From IMG/VR virus record IMGVR_UViG_3300012683_000009: a stretch of DNA of 61,886 bases; one strand, given 5' to 3'. The position numbers were made by a program, and so were the translations under genes. Shown here in pieces: positions 26,139 to 35,080 of the stretch. Under the pieces are notes generated by a model. It was not told where the DNA came from. It searched no databases and saw only the letters and a program-made list of their open reading frames with translations. The DNA comes from a virus. Every line of letters begins with the position of its first letter. Positions within the stretch are counted from its first letter, which is position 1.

Positions 26139-26551
26139 GACTGAACTTCTCCTTGGGTAGTGCTCTTGGAGGACTTCTTCTTCGTATCTGCTACCACGGG
26201 CGCCGGCACGGGAACAGGTGCTGGGGCGGTGATGACGACAGGCTGGACACCTGGTGGAACTGCCAGAGGACCTGGCGGAGTTGCCAGACCACCAGGGACG
26301 AGCAGAGGCATTCCCATGATCTGCTCGATCTCTTTGGTCACAGCTTCCAGACCACTGAAGAGCTCCTTCACGACCTGCTCGAAGAACTCGTCTCCGACCC
26401 GAACCTTCTCGTCGGTCATGAGCACCTTCTTCGCCTCGGCCCCAGCGACAGGACGGAAGTTCGTCTCCAGGTGGTCGATGAGGTGCTGGTAGATGGCCGC
26501 CTTGCTCCTGGCGGTGGAGACTCTCTTCTGAAGTTCTTGGAACGTGCTCAT
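26135..26551 (-). CDS. Hypothetical protein with Pro/Ala/Val-rich tail (138 aa)
   Basis: ORF track; ATGA coupling. Confidence 0.5.
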   Translation of the reverse strand: MSTFQELQKRVSTARSKAAIYQHLIDHLETNFRPVAGAEAKKVLMTDEKVRVGDEFFEQVVKELFSGLEAVTKEIEQIMGMPLLVPGGLATPPGPLAVPPGVQPVVITAPAPVPVPAPVVADTKKKSSKSTTQGEVQS

Positions 26552-26662
26552 ATCAATTCCTCTTCGGTCTTCGGTACAAGGTGAAGTTGTGACGGTGATA
26601 CGCAGCCGCTGCTCAGGGACCCCGCTGCCACTGCCCGCCGCAGCCGCCTGTGATGGTGAGGA

Positions 26663-27355
26663 CTACCGTTGGCCGATGGTCACGGGCGTGTTGTTCTTTC
26701 TTAGCTCCCGCCCCTGGCGGTGAGAGTCGAGAGCTATGTCAGTCCTCCGCTTGAGCTTCATGCCCTTGCCGATGGTCGCCCAGGCCGAGCTCGTCTTGAT
26801 GAGGCCAGCCTTGTAGAACTGCTTCACCGCCTTGATGTGATCGCAGTCCGTCCTGCGAACCGAGTGGTGGAACTGCCAGTCCTTGCACTCACAGGCGAGA
26901 CGCCCTGACGGCAGGACCTTGACCTTGTACTCTTTGCCCTCGGTCGTGCGGCTCGGAGCGACAGCGATGATGGTCTTCGAGGTGAGCTGGCCGCCGTAGT
27001 TCTTCACGTACTTCTTCAGCTTCGGGTCGGTGAGATCATGACCCAGCATGGCCCTCTGGAACGGCCGGTTCATCAGGTCCTTCTCGAAGCCCGGCCAGTC
27101 CTTCACCTCGGCAGTGTGGAAAGCCTCCGCCTTCTCCTTGTGCTCTTTGCCGGCGGTCTTCTGTTTCTCTCGTGCCAGCCTCCGAGCTCTCGCCTTGTCC
27201 TCTCCAGGAGTCGTCGGAGGCATGCCCTTCGCCACCCGTGCCTTGTTGCCATGGACGGGGCAGGTGGTGAGCCTCGCACTCGGGCAGATGCATTCCGGCT
27301 CAGCAGCGAGCTTCACGAGCTCTTGAGCGAAGGATGGGAGAAGGGCCTCAAGCAT
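26663..27355 (-). CDS. SWIM zinc-finger protein (230 aa; CECKDWQFHH...CDH)
   Basis: ORF track; SWIM signature. Confidence 0.55.
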   Translation of the reverse strand: MLEALLPSFAQELVKLAAEPECICPSARLTTCPVHGNKARVAKGMPPTTPGEDKARARRLAREKQKTAGKEHKEKAEAFHTAEVKDWPGFEKDLMNRPFQRAMLGHDLTDPKLKKYVKNYGGQLTSKTIIAVAPSRTTEGKEYKVKVLPSGRLACECKDWQFHHSVRRTDCDHIKAVKQFYKAGLIKTSSAWATIGKGMKLKRRTDIALDSHRQGRELRKNNTPVTIGQR

Positions 27356-27360
27356 GGCGT

Positions 27361-28020
27361 TCAGGATGTCAGAAAGACCTGGATGCGGCCAGCGAGAGCT
27401 GCTCCGTGGGCGGTGTCTCTCAGGATGTTCTTGAGAGGGTAGATGTGCATGCCCTTGAGCCGCTTGGCGACTTCAGGCCCCTTCGCCTTCTCCATCGCCA
27501 GGTAGCGAGCATCGAACCGGTGGTACTTCACGTAGATGTCGGCGCTGGAGTCGAGCTCTCGGAAGAGCTTCTCCAGGACGATGGAGAGGTTCTTCGTCGA
27601 CCACGAACCGACTCGGCCGTCGACCAGAAGGTTGGCGTTCACGCCCTTCTTGCAGTGAGGGCAGAAGCCGACGCCTCCCTTGAGGTAGTTCGACGTGATG
27701 ATCTTGCCACAGCCCTGCGTGGCGTCTGCGTTCATGCACCAGAAGGCGAGGTCGTCACCACCACCGTTCAGACGGCGACCGCTCTCCCAGAGCTTCACGA
27801 CGACGGTGTTGGGGCCGTTCATCGTGCGATCTGCGCCGAACAGGACTTCGATCTTGAACTTCGCCCTGATGGTGAGCTCTCCCATGCCGACTTCGGCACC
27901 GGTCTTGACGAGCTCGTCTCTCGACTTCTGGGCCGCTCGCTGGGAGGTGATGTCGCCTGCCCGACGCATCTCGTCGGACGGGCCACTCTCGGGCAGCTTG
28001 AGCATCTCTCGAACTCCCAT
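27361..28020 (-). CDS. Hypothetical Cys-rich protein (219 aa)
   Basis: ORF track. Confidence 0.5.
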   Translation of the reverse strand: MGVREMLKLPESGPSDEMRRAGDITSQRAAQKSRDELVKTGAEVGMGELTIRAKFKIEVLFGADRTMNGPNTVVVKLWESGRRLNGGGDDLAFWCMNADATQGCGKIITSNYLKGGVGFCPHCKKGVNANLLVDGRVGSWSTKNLSIVLEKLFRELDSSADIYVKYHRFDARYLAMEKAKGPEVAKRLKGMHIYPLKNILRDTAHGAALAGRIQVFLTS

Positions 28021-28022
28021 GA

Positions 28023-28694
28023 TCAGCTTCCTCCGCCAGATGTTGGGACAGCGCCCCCAGCGAACTTCAGAGGCCCTCCCTGAAGAGGCTTCGGGATGTT
28101 CTGCTCCCTGTACGTGTGAGGGAGAGGCATCTCCGTGATGTCCGTCGGACGCCCCTTCTCATCGACTCCACGAGCCACGACCTTGAGCTCTGGGCCTCTT
28201 GCTCGTGGAGGCGGCACTGGGTCAGGCCCCAGTCTCTCTGGAGCACGAGGAGTAGCGGTCGTCAATTGCTTGACCTTCTTCCCCGCCATGAGACGTCGAG
28301 CGACTGCCTGGTCGGTGTCGTAGCGAGGCTGAGATGGAACTTGAGCCTGCTGCGCCGGAGCGAGCTCAGGCTCGGCCTCATTCAGAACCTTGACGACTGC
28401 ACCAACCGCCTCGACAAGGCTCGCAGCGTTCTTCGCCTCGATTCCGAGGAACCATCCGAAGACCATGCCGCCTTGACGCCGTACGTAGCGGCGACAGATG
28501 TGGAAGTCGGAGAAGACTGGGTTCCCGTCGGTGGCAAGGAGGAGCTTGTCGACGACGGCGACCCAAGGCGCCTCTTGCCCAGGAAGCTGACGACACAGGA
28601 TGGAAACGCTCCCACCCCTGCCCTTGACGTCGACCGGTTGGACGAGTCCTGTCCCATACAGCGCCTCCCTCAGCGATTCGAGTGCCTTACTCAT
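28023..28694 (-). CDS. Hypothetical protein (223 aa)
   Basis: ORF track. Confidence 0.5.
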   Translation of the reverse strand: MSKALESLREALYGTGLVQPVDVKGRGGSVSILCRQLPGQEAPWVAVVDKLLLATDGNPVFSDFHICRRYVRRQGGMVFGWFLGIEAKNAASLVEAVGAVVKVLNEAEPELAPAQQAQVPSQPRYDTDQAVARRLMAGKKVKQLTTATPRAPERLGPDPVPPPRARGPELKVVARGVDEKGRPTDITEMPLPHTYREQNIPKPLQGGPLKFAGGAVPTSGGGS

Positions 28695-28971
28695 CGTTCC
28701 TCACGATCCGAAGCCGTGGCTCTTCTTTGACGTTGTCTCGAAGAGCTTCGAGCTCGTCGACTACTCTCTCTGCCGCATTGATGACGATGTCGAAGGTGTT
28801 CATCAGAGCGTGGGCCCCAGCCCATTCATGAAGCGGCGTGAGCTTGCTCTTTGACGAGTCTTGGACATCGACAATCCTCTTGAAGAGGATATCACGAGAC
28901 TGGAGAAGAGCCTGAACGTCCGCCTTCTTCTCGGCGAGCTCTTCCTCCAGTTCTCGACTCGTGAGCTCCAT
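28687..28971 (-). CDS. Hypothetical helical protein (94 aa)
   Basis: ORF track. Confidence 0.45.
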   Translation of the reverse strand: MELTSRELEEELAEKKADVQALLQSRDILFKRIVDVQDSSKSKLTPLHEWAGAHALMNTFDIVINAAERVVDELEALRDNVKEEPRLRIVRNDE

Positions 28972-28977
28972 GAGACC

Positions 28978-29262
28978 TCAGTGGACGGCGACGTTCGGTT
29001 GCTCCGCCGGCTGCTTGGTGAATGTCTCCTGGAGCTGCTCCGGCGTCTTCTTGTACTCGACCTTCAGGCCGCCGTACTCGACAGAGACGAGAAGACCGTT
29101 CTTCGAGGAGAGCTCGAAGTGGTAGTCGAGCTGAGGCTGCATCCGGATCTTCTCTCCGACGCAGCACGGGCCTACGAGAATCTTCTCCCCGTCGGGGAAC
29201 TCGTGGACCTTGATGTCCTCCGCCTTGATGCCCCTCGTGTAGCAGTTCTCACAGCTAGCCAT
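28978..29262 (-). CDS. Cys-rich protein (94 aa; start MASCENCY)
   Basis: ORF 28978..29292 trimmed to ATG with AAAGGAAACGG RBS. Confidence 0.5.
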   Translation of the reverse strand: MASCENCYTRGIKAEDIKVHEFPDGEKILVGPCCVGEKIRMQPQLDYHFELSSKNGLLVSVEYGGLKVEYKKTPEQLQETFTKQPAEQPNVAVH

Positions 29263-29431
29263 TGCCGTTTCCTTTCGACCGATCGAACTCACGGTAGATG
29301 AGCTCGCGAATCAACTGGGCAACGGATACCCGCCGGCGACGAGCTTCCTTCTCGAAGAACTCATGAACGTCCCTCTCCACTCGGACAAGGAACGTGTGGT
29401 CCTTCTTTGCCTTCTCGTCTTCAGCAGCCAA
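29255..29431 (-). CDS. Ribbon-helix-helix (Arc/CopG-like) protein, 58 aa, TTG start; not in the ORF track
   Basis: Manual translation: (L)AAEDEKAKKDHTFLVRVERDVHEFFEKEARRRRVSVAQLIRELIYREFDRSKGNGNG; GGAGGA 8 nt upstream of TTG; stop overlaps next ATG; coordinates +/- few nt. Confidence 0.5.
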   Translation of the reverse strand: MAAEDEKAKKDHTFLVRVERDVHEFFEKEARRRRVSVAQLIRELIYREFDRSKGNGNG

Positions 29432-29494
29432 ACCCAGTCCTCCACGACCATCAGGTCGTGTATACGGTCAGTATCAGTCCGAATACAACCGATG

Positions 29495-30028
29495 TCAAGG
29501 AGTGGTGGCGTAGGGGTCGTAAGTCTCGATCTTCTGAGACGAAACCTGGAGGCAGACGGGCTGGTCATCGGCGTAGAGCACAGTGCTCTCCATGACTCGG
29601 CCATCGACGGGCTTGACGCAGCCAGGCTGGTCGAGGTCGTTCCTGAACCGACGGATGCGGTACCCAGGCACGAACCACTCTTGCTTGATGTCCTCCATCC
29701 TGAAGTAGAGCCTGTTCATGCGATCGATGAGCGCCGGGTGCTGGCTGATGACGAGCTTCTCCTTCTCGTCGAAGAGGTCGACCTTCGTTGGCCAGCGGAG
29801 CTTGTCGAGGTCGAGCTGGGACTCCTTCAAGACCCGAGCCTTGTCGACCTCGTCGCCGATCTCCTCGGCCAGCTTGGTGAGCTGATCCCTCGTTGCGTCC
29901 TTGAAGGGGTCATTGTCGGGGATGAGATCGGCGGCTCCGTCTGGCAAGTTGCCCCACTTCTGGAGCATCTGAGCCATGTGCTTGTCGACTAGACCGCTCT
30001 TCAGAATCTTCTCGGTGAGTGGCTTCAT
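29495..30028 (-). CDS. Hypothetical protein (177 aa)
   Basis: ORF track. Confidence 0.5.
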   Translation of the reverse strand: MKPLTEKILKSGLVDKHMAQMLQKWGNLPDGAADLIPDNDPFKDATRDQLTKLAEEIGDEVDKARVLKESQLDLDKLRWPTKVDLFDEKEKLVISQHPALIDRMNRLYFRMEDIKQEWFVPGYRIRRFRNDLDQPGCVKPVDGRVMESTVLYADDQPVCLQVSSQKIETYDPYATTP

Positions 30029-30576
30029 TTCAGGTTCCTTTCGTCCATCAGCATCCGAAGGCTGAGCTTGATGTCGTCTTCCCCTGCCTCGGATGCCGTG
30101 AGCAGAAGAACATCGGGTGGGATCTCATCGACCTGCATGACGTCGATACCGCAGAGCTGGGAGAGATCCCAGAACTTGTCGACGTCGAGACTCGCTCGAA
30201 GGAGGTTGACGTTGCTCAGAAGGAAGGCCCGAGCCACGAGCCGCTTCTGGGTGAGAATGCCGAAGGCCCGGAAGAGGTACTCGTGGAACGAGTCGAGGGC
30301 CGTCGAGTCGAACTCCTGCATCTCGGTGTTGCGAGCGCTGGCGTAGAGGTCGTTGGACTTCATCTCCAACGGGCCAGTCGTATCGATGGCCGAGTAGCGG
30401 GAGATCTTGATGGGCTTGCCCACCTCGATCACGACCTTCTGAACTCCGCCCTGGCCCAGGATGGACTCGAACCGCAGGACGATGTCCTTCCTCGTCGAGG
30501 GCAGAGGAGACTCTTCGTGAATCAACTTCAGCGACTGCTTCTGTCCGTCGCCGAGTGATGGAGGGATGTCAGCCAT
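30025..30576 (-). CDS. Hypothetical protein (183 aa)
   Basis: ORF track; ATGA coupling. Confidence 0.5.
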   Translation of the reverse strand: MADIPPSLGDGQKQSLKLIHEESPLPSTRKDIVLRFESILGQGGVQKVVIEVGKPIKISRYSAIDTTGPLEMKSNDLYASARNTEMQEFDSTALDSFHEYLFRAFGILTQKRLVARAFLLSNVNLLRASLDVDKFWDLSQLCGIDVMQVDEIPPDVLLLTASEAGEDDIKLSLRMLMDERNLK

Positions 30577-30775
30577 GGTTCGGGAACTCCTTGTCGACGA
30601 ACGAGAACGGGTCGTGCTCGACCTTGAGCTGTTCGCCCGACTTCGTGTTCATGAAGTGAAGCACCACGATCTCAGTCACCGTGGTGCTCCGATCCTCTGC
30701 GTACTTCTTCATCCACTTCAGCAGATCAGCGGGAACCCGAAGGTTGAGCCGAGCTCGCTTGGGAGCCTTTTTCAC
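30569..30775 (-). CDS. Ribbon-helix-helix DNA-binding protein (68 aa; RLNLRVPADLLKWMKKYAE), GTG start
   Basis: ORF track; RHH beta-strand/helix pattern; GGAAGGTG RBS. Confidence 0.6.
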   Translation of the reverse strand: MKKAPKRARLNLRVPADLLKWMKKYAEDRSTTVTEIVVLHFMNTKSGEQLKVEHDPFSFVDKEFPNHG

Positions 30776-30881
30776 CGTTACACCTTCCGATCAGGTAGCC
30801 GTTGCAACCTACTGCGAAGAGGATGAGAAGCATCACTGTGTAGAGGATCTTGTCCAGCCCTCTGAACATGCCGGGTTCCAT
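30726..30881 (-). CDS. Possible small transmembrane peptide (51 aa; MEPGMFRGLDKILYTVMLLILFAVG...)
   Basis: 3' part of ORF 30726..31133; TGATG overlap with upstream stop; overlaps RHH start by 50 nt, so weak. Confidence 0.3.
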   Translation of the reverse strand: MEPGMFRGLDKILYTVMLLILFAVGCNGYLIGRCNGEKGSQASSAQPSGSR

Positions 30882-30997
30882 CAGAGCCTCGTAGCCAGGA
30901 CGTAGATCACGAAGGCGACACCGGCTGCTGCGAGAATGCCGCAGCCGATGATCGTCCATGGATGGAACGTCGTCATGTAGTTCTTGAACTTCTGCAT
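30881..30997 (-). CDS. Small transmembrane protein (38 aa; MQKFKNYMTTFHPWTIIGCGILAAAGVAFVIYVLATRL), holin-like candidate
   Basis: 3' part of ORF 30881..31222 starting at ATG with GAGGAGACCC RBS; directly downstream of the hydrolase gene. Confidence 0.4.
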   Translation of the reverse strand: MQKFKNYMTTFHPWTIIGCGILAAAGVAFVIYVLATRL

Positions 30998-31005
30998 GGG
31001 TCTCC

Positions 31006-31569
31006 TCAGTCGTGGGTGTAGAAGACGACCTGTGGCACCAGGTTGCCGTAGCCGACGGAGATGTCCTTGTCGAAGAAGTTGGTGCCTCCGGCCTGGGCGA
31101 TGTGAACGAAGTCGAGACCAGGAAGCACGACACAGACGTGGCCGATGCCGCCTGGGTTCTTCCAGAGACCGACGGTCGGGAAACCCTTCGAAGCCCTGCC
31201 CCGAGCCTGGATCTTTCCGCACTTCATCCAGCCGAAGTCGAGAGCGTGTTGCTCGAACCAGTCGCAGACACCGTTGGCCGAGAGCTCCTTGCCCTTGCCC
31301 ATCGGCACCTCGATGCCGGTCGCCGGGTCGACCCAGTGAGGCACCTCGACAGACATCGCCTTGGTGAAGTCCCAGAGGAAGATGTTGCAGTACGTCTCCA
31401 GGCCGTTGTTCGGGTTGTTGTCGTGGCCCTTGATGTAGCGAGGGTTGTTCTCGACGTCGAACTGCTTGGCCGCAACGACGAGGTTCACCGCCGCCCGATC
31501 CTCTGGACCATTGACGAAGTCCGGGGTCGCTTCGACCCAGGCGTTGGGGTTCTTCATGCTCTCGTTCAT
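31006..31569 (-). CDS. Putative peptidoglycan hydrolase (CHAP/NlpC-P60-like Cys-His), endolysin candidate
   Basis: ORF track; conserved C (YCNIFLWD) and H (GHVCVV) arrangement; followed by small TM genes. Confidence 0.5.
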   Translation of the reverse strand: MNESMKNPNAWVEATPDFVNGPEDRAAVNLVVAAKQFDVENNPRYIKGHDNNPNNGLETYCNIFLWDFTKAMSVEVPHWVDPATGIEVPMGKGKELSANGVCDWFEQHALDFGWMKCGKIQARGRASKGFPTVGLWKNPGGIGHVCVVLPGLDFVHIAQAGGTNFFDKDISVGYGNLVPQVVFYTHD

Positions 31570-31940
31570 CTTGTCCTCACTCCTCTGTAGCAGGGGATCC
31601 GAGACATCTGTTGGAACCCGTGTCTTGCGTGAACTTCAGGTGGCTTCCTCGGACTACTGAACCACGCCCGGAACTCTCTGGACGACTCGAACGCGAAGAA
31701 CTTGCCCTTCTCGAACAGCCTCTCTGTTGCGTTCTGAACCTTGATGTCGAGCTTTGGGTACTCGTAGGTGTTGGCGGCAGTGATGTTGGTGCCGACCCAG
31801 TAGCTCGTCGTCGTAGATGAGGTCGACGGTCCCCAGCTCGTGGCGAAACCCATGTCGTCGTTACCCCAGTACTCAGGCTCCCCCGTCCGTCGGTTCGGAT
31901 TCTGCGTCCTGCGGTAGTTCCTCGGACTGTTCGGCACCAT
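31566..31940 (-). CDS. Hypothetical protein (124 aa; start may be a later ATG about 31853)
   Basis: ORF track; overlaps upstream gene 3' end. Confidence 0.4.
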   Translation of the reverse strand: MVPNSPRNYRRTQNPNRRTGEPEYWGNDDMGFATSWGPSTSSTTTSYWVGTNITAANTYEYPKLDIKVQNATERLFEKGKFFAFESSREFRAWFSSPRKPPEVHARHGFQQMSRIPCYRGVRTR

Positions 31941-32367
31941 CCATGTTCTCCGGAGGCATGTTGTCGCCCTGCGGCATCTGCTGACCGAGTCCTGCCTCGG
32001 TCAACATCATCTCGGTCTGAGCCAGGCACAGGTTCCAGTCGCCATCGTAGGTGACGTGATTGTGCCCGATGAAGACGTCAGCCGCCGGCTTGGTGAAGCC
32101 CGACCAGACCTCCATGGGAGGGAAGCCGAAGGACTGGAGCTCCTGCTCGACCTGCTCCTTGAGCCTCTGCCGTTCTGAGTCCGGCATCGGAGCGAAGCGG
32201 GAGGTGTAGACCGTCAGTCGGTGCCCTTCGGCAGCGAGCTGACCGCATGCCTCCGGCGCACCCGGAACCGGCTGAGGGCCGAGGGCCTCTCCGGTCATCG
32301 GGTCGACAGCGTCAGGTTCTCCTTCGATGACCAGCGTGTGATCGAGATCGATGCAGATCCAAGCCAT
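31873..32367 (-). CDS. HAD-superfamily phosphatase (164 aa; MAWICIDLDHTLV)
   Basis: ORF 31873..32427 trimmed to ATG with GAGGAGAAC RBS; DxDxT motif I. Confidence 0.6.
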   Translation of the reverse strand: MAWICIDLDHTLVIEGEPDAVDPMTGEALGPQPVPGAPEACGQLAAEGHRLTVYTSRFAPMPDSERQRLKEQVEQELQSFGFPPMEVWSGFTKPAADVFIGHNHVTYDGDWNLCLAQTEMMLTEAGLGQQMPQGDNMPPENMDGAEQSEELPQDAESEPTDGGA

Positions 32368-32377
32368 GATGTTCTCC

Positions 32378-33307
32378 TCAGGGTGTCGGTGAGACAGGAC
32401 CCTTGCCTGCTTCAACCAGCAGAGCATTCAGGTCCGAGTTGTCGAGGGGCGCAGGGTACTTCGCCATCCTGCTGCCGTCGTACTTCTTTCGACTTTCCAG
32501 AACGATCTGAGTGCCTCGGTCAGCAGCTTCACGCCAGTTGTCCCCGCCGTAGCCGTAGCCGAAGAGGCCATCGGTACCACAGTCCCAGGAGTTCTCACCC
32601 TTGCCCTGGTGAGGAATGCCTTTTGGGATGTCGACGGTGATGCTGAGGTCAGGCTTGCCGAACCACCTGGGACGTTTCCTGATGGCGCTGACCAGCTTCC
32701 CCTTCGCCTTGTACTCACCTTCAGGCATCTGGATGACCATGTCCCGCTCTTCGAGAACCTTCTCGGTGTACTTCATGCGACCGAGCACGAGATCTGCGAA
32801 GTCGATGTGCCCGTCCATCCACTTCGGCATCTTGTGCGACCAGCCCCAGTCGAACTTCCAGATGTCCCAGTGCAGGCCCCAGTTGAAGAAGCTGACGTCG
32901 AAGAACGAGAACATCGTGTACTTCGAGCTCCCCTTGTAGCCGCCGTAGCTCTGGTTCCACTTGTCGACTCGCTCACTCGCCAGGAGCTTGTTCATCCACT
33001 TCGTGAAGAAGTTGTGGTGGAAGTAGAAGGCGAAAGGCGGGAAGGCGAGGCGAATGCCCCACCCGTGCTCTGACGGGTCGAAGTGAAGGTACACGCCGCA
33101 CGACGAGCTCCAGAGGTTCCATTCCAGGCTGCACTCCCTCTTGCGTCCCATGTGGAGGAACGCCTGCCCGTGGTACGGCGGGAACTTCGGATGCCCTTGC
33201 TTGTCCTCGTTGCGGTTGATGGTGTGCAGCCAGACCTTGCGGTCCCCGTCGGTGTCTCTTCCGAACAGGAAAGTGAAGATGCTGTCAGCGATGCGATCGA
33301 TGAACAT
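32378..33307 (-). CDS. Trp-rich hypothetical protein (309 aa)
   Basis: ORF 32378..33607 trimmed to ATG 33307 (GAAAGG RBS, 8-nt gap to upstream stop). Confidence 0.5.
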   Translation of the reverse strand: MFIDRIADSIFTFLFGRDTDGDRKVWLHTINRNEDKQGHPKFPPYHGQAFLHMGRKRECSLEWNLWSSSCGVYLHFDPSEHGWGIRLAFPPFAFYFHHNFFTKWMNKLLASERVDKWNQSYGGYKGSSKYTMFSFFDVSFFNWGLHWDIWKFDWGWSHKMPKWMDGHIDFADLVLGRMKYTEKVLEERDMVIQMPEGEYKAKGKLVSAIRKRPRWFGKPDLSITVDIPKGIPHQGKGENSWDCGTDGLFGYGYGGDNWREAADRGTQIVLESRKKYDGSRMAKYPAPLDNSDLNALLVEAGKGPVSPTP

Positions 33308-33315
33308 GGGGCCTT

Positions 33316-33741
33316 TCAGAGGTACTTCAGGGCGAGACCGTTGATGCAGACGTGCATCGTGTTGTCTGCAATGATCAAGAGCCAGACTGCCATCCAGGCT
33401 GGCCGGTCCTTGTGGTAACCTGTCGCCGAACACTCCGACCAGGGAAACCACCACTGTGTGCCGATGAGGTGTTCCGGTAACGTCGCCGGAAACGAGAGGA
33501 AGTTCTTGGCGTAGCAGACGTACCGAGCCAGGCGGTATCGGTCGATGAGGAAGTGGGTGCCGGCCATCACTCCCCAGGCAGCCCATGACATGTGCGGCGC
33601 CAGCCACACGAAGGGGATCGTGTAGAAGATGGCATGGACGATGGCGGCGAAGCTCTTCTTCGTCTTCTCGTTTGCCATCCAGTCGCTCTGGAGAACGTAG
33701 TCGCCGATCGCATGAGCGACGAGTTGGTCGGCGGTGATCAT
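33316..33741 (-). CDS. Membrane protein, DUF3307-like (HAIGDYVLQ motif)
   Basis: ORF track; motif recollection, weak. Confidence 0.45.
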   Translation of the reverse strand: MITADQLVAHAIGDYVLQSDWMANEKTKKSFAAIVHAIFYTIPFVWLAPHMSWAAWGVMAGTHFLIDRYRLARYVCYAKNFLSFPATLPEHLIGTQWWFPWSECSATGYHKDRPAWMAVWLLIIADNTMHVCINGLALKYL

Positions 33742-34049
33742 GGGGGAAGTTGCCCCTTCATCTCGTGCTCGAACTCGTTGCAGACGCCTTCGAGCTCCTT
33801 GGCAAGACGCCGAGCGGTGTCCACATCCATGCAGATGCCGCTCAGCGTCTTGATGTCGAGAAGGAGGCTGACGGGCTTGTCGCCCTCGATGAGCCCAATG
33901 CCGTTGGGAGTGTCGTCGTCATCGATGAACTCGAACGGCTCGAACTTGAAGAGCTCCCCGTCTTCATGCATCCGAGTAGCAGCGGCGTGGTTCCGCTTGA
34001 TCTTCTCGTCCATCAGGTTGACGACCTTCTTCTCCTCGTCCATGGTCAC
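33738..34049 (-). CDS. Hypothetical acidic protein (103 aa)
   Basis: ORF track; ATGA coupling. Confidence 0.5.
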   Translation of the reverse strand: MTMDEEKKVVNLMDEKIKRNHAAATRMHEDGELFKFEPFEFIDDDDTPNGIGLIEGDKPVSLLLDIKTLSGICMDVDTARRLAKELEGVCNEFEHEMKGQLPP

Positions 34050-34459
34050 TCCTTGATGTACTTCACCTTGAGAGTGAACTCGTACTCTCCCGTCGGCTCC
34101 AGACCGAGGAACTGACCCTCTTCCGTGACCGGCCGAGTCTTCTCGACGTTCTCGTGGCTCACCTTCACGATGCGGTGCTTGCCGCCACCGATGTCGTAGA
34201 TGATCTCCTGCCGGCCGCTGTCCTTGGTGTTCATGCCGATGATGACGGCGATGTCCATCACGGGAATGGCCCGAGGAGCCTGGCGAAGAGCTTGGCGACG
34301 AGCTTCGAGGCGCTCTCGCTGACCTGCCTCTTCTGAGTCCTGAGCCGCTGGAGCGTGGGGCGCAGCAGAGGGAGGAGGTGCCAGCGCCACAGGCGCTGCG
34401 ACAGGCGCCGGTACCGGGGCTTGAAGTGCTTCGGCTGCGACTGCAACTGGGGTTGGCAT
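34046..34459 (-). CDS. Hypothetical protein (137 aa; start MPTPVAVAAE)
   Basis: ORF 34046..34537 trimmed to ATG with GAAAGGAACAACG RBS. Confidence 0.5.
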   Translation of the reverse strand: MPTPVAVAAEALQAPVPAPVAAPVALAPPPSAAPHAPAAQDSEEAGQRERLEARRQALRQAPRAIPVMDIAVIIGMNTKDSGRQEIIYDIGGGKHRIVKVSHENVEKTRPVTEEGQFLGLEPTGEYEFTLKVKYIKE

Positions 34460-34472
34460 TTCGTTGTTCCTT

Positions 34473-34703
34473 TCACTTCTCGACGGAGGAGATGAAGCTG
34501 ATGTTGGTGAAGACGACGTCGTAGGGCTTGAAGACACCCTTCTTCGTTCTCTTGAACGGCCTTGAGGAGCTGACGTTGAGTATGCCGTTCATGACCTTGT
34601 GCTTGCTCTTGATCACGATCTTCTTGCCCTTGTCGTCGACTCCTCGAACGGTGAGCTCTACGACGTTGAAGAGGTTGGGCATCAGGTAGTTCCTGGGGTT
34701 CAT
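34473..34703 (-). CDS. Hypothetical protein (76 aa)
   Basis: ORF 34473..34823 trimmed to ATGA-overlap ATG. Confidence 0.45.
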   Translation of the reverse strand: MNPRNYLMPNLFNVVELTVRGVDDKGKKIVIKSKHKVMNGILNVSSSRPFKRTKKGVFKPYDVVFTNISFISSVEK

Positions 34704-35080
34704 TTCTTCTCCGGAACCTGCGGACGGCCCGAGTAGACACCGATCTGAACGCCTTCCGGAATGAACCCGAGAATGTCGTCCGAGCTCATGATGAAGTACT
34801 TCTTGTTCTGCCCGTCGGGCCACTTCTCATCGACTTCGATGGGGTTGGCGTGCTTCAGGAAGCCTCGGTACAGCACACGAACGTCCTTCGTGATGCCGAG
34901 CTTCTCGTTCTTCTCTCCGGGCCCGACTCGAACGACCCTGCCGGAGCCCTCACTGACGAGCTCAGCGCCGGTCTCATTCGGAGCGAGAATGATGCCCGAC
35001 TCCATCTCCTTCTTCCGTGGCTCGGCGAGCACCACGACCCAGCCGTTCATCGGACGGACCTTCAGAGGATCGAGTTCCAT
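34700..35080 (-). CDS. GroES-like co-chaperonin (Hsp10 family) with C-terminal extension (126 aa)
   Basis: ORF 34700..35128 trimmed; similarity to GroES: PLKVRPMNGWVVVLAEP...ESGIILAPN...GRVVRVGPG and KYFIMSSDDILGFI vs E. coli EVLIMSESDILAIV. Confidence 0.65.
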   Translation of the reverse strand: MELDPLKVRPMNGWVVVLAEPRKKEMESGIILAPNETGAELVSEGSGRVVRVGPGEKNEKLGITKDVRVLYRGFLKHANPIEVDEKWPDGQNKKYFIMSSDDILGFIPEGVQIGVYSGRPQVPEKK

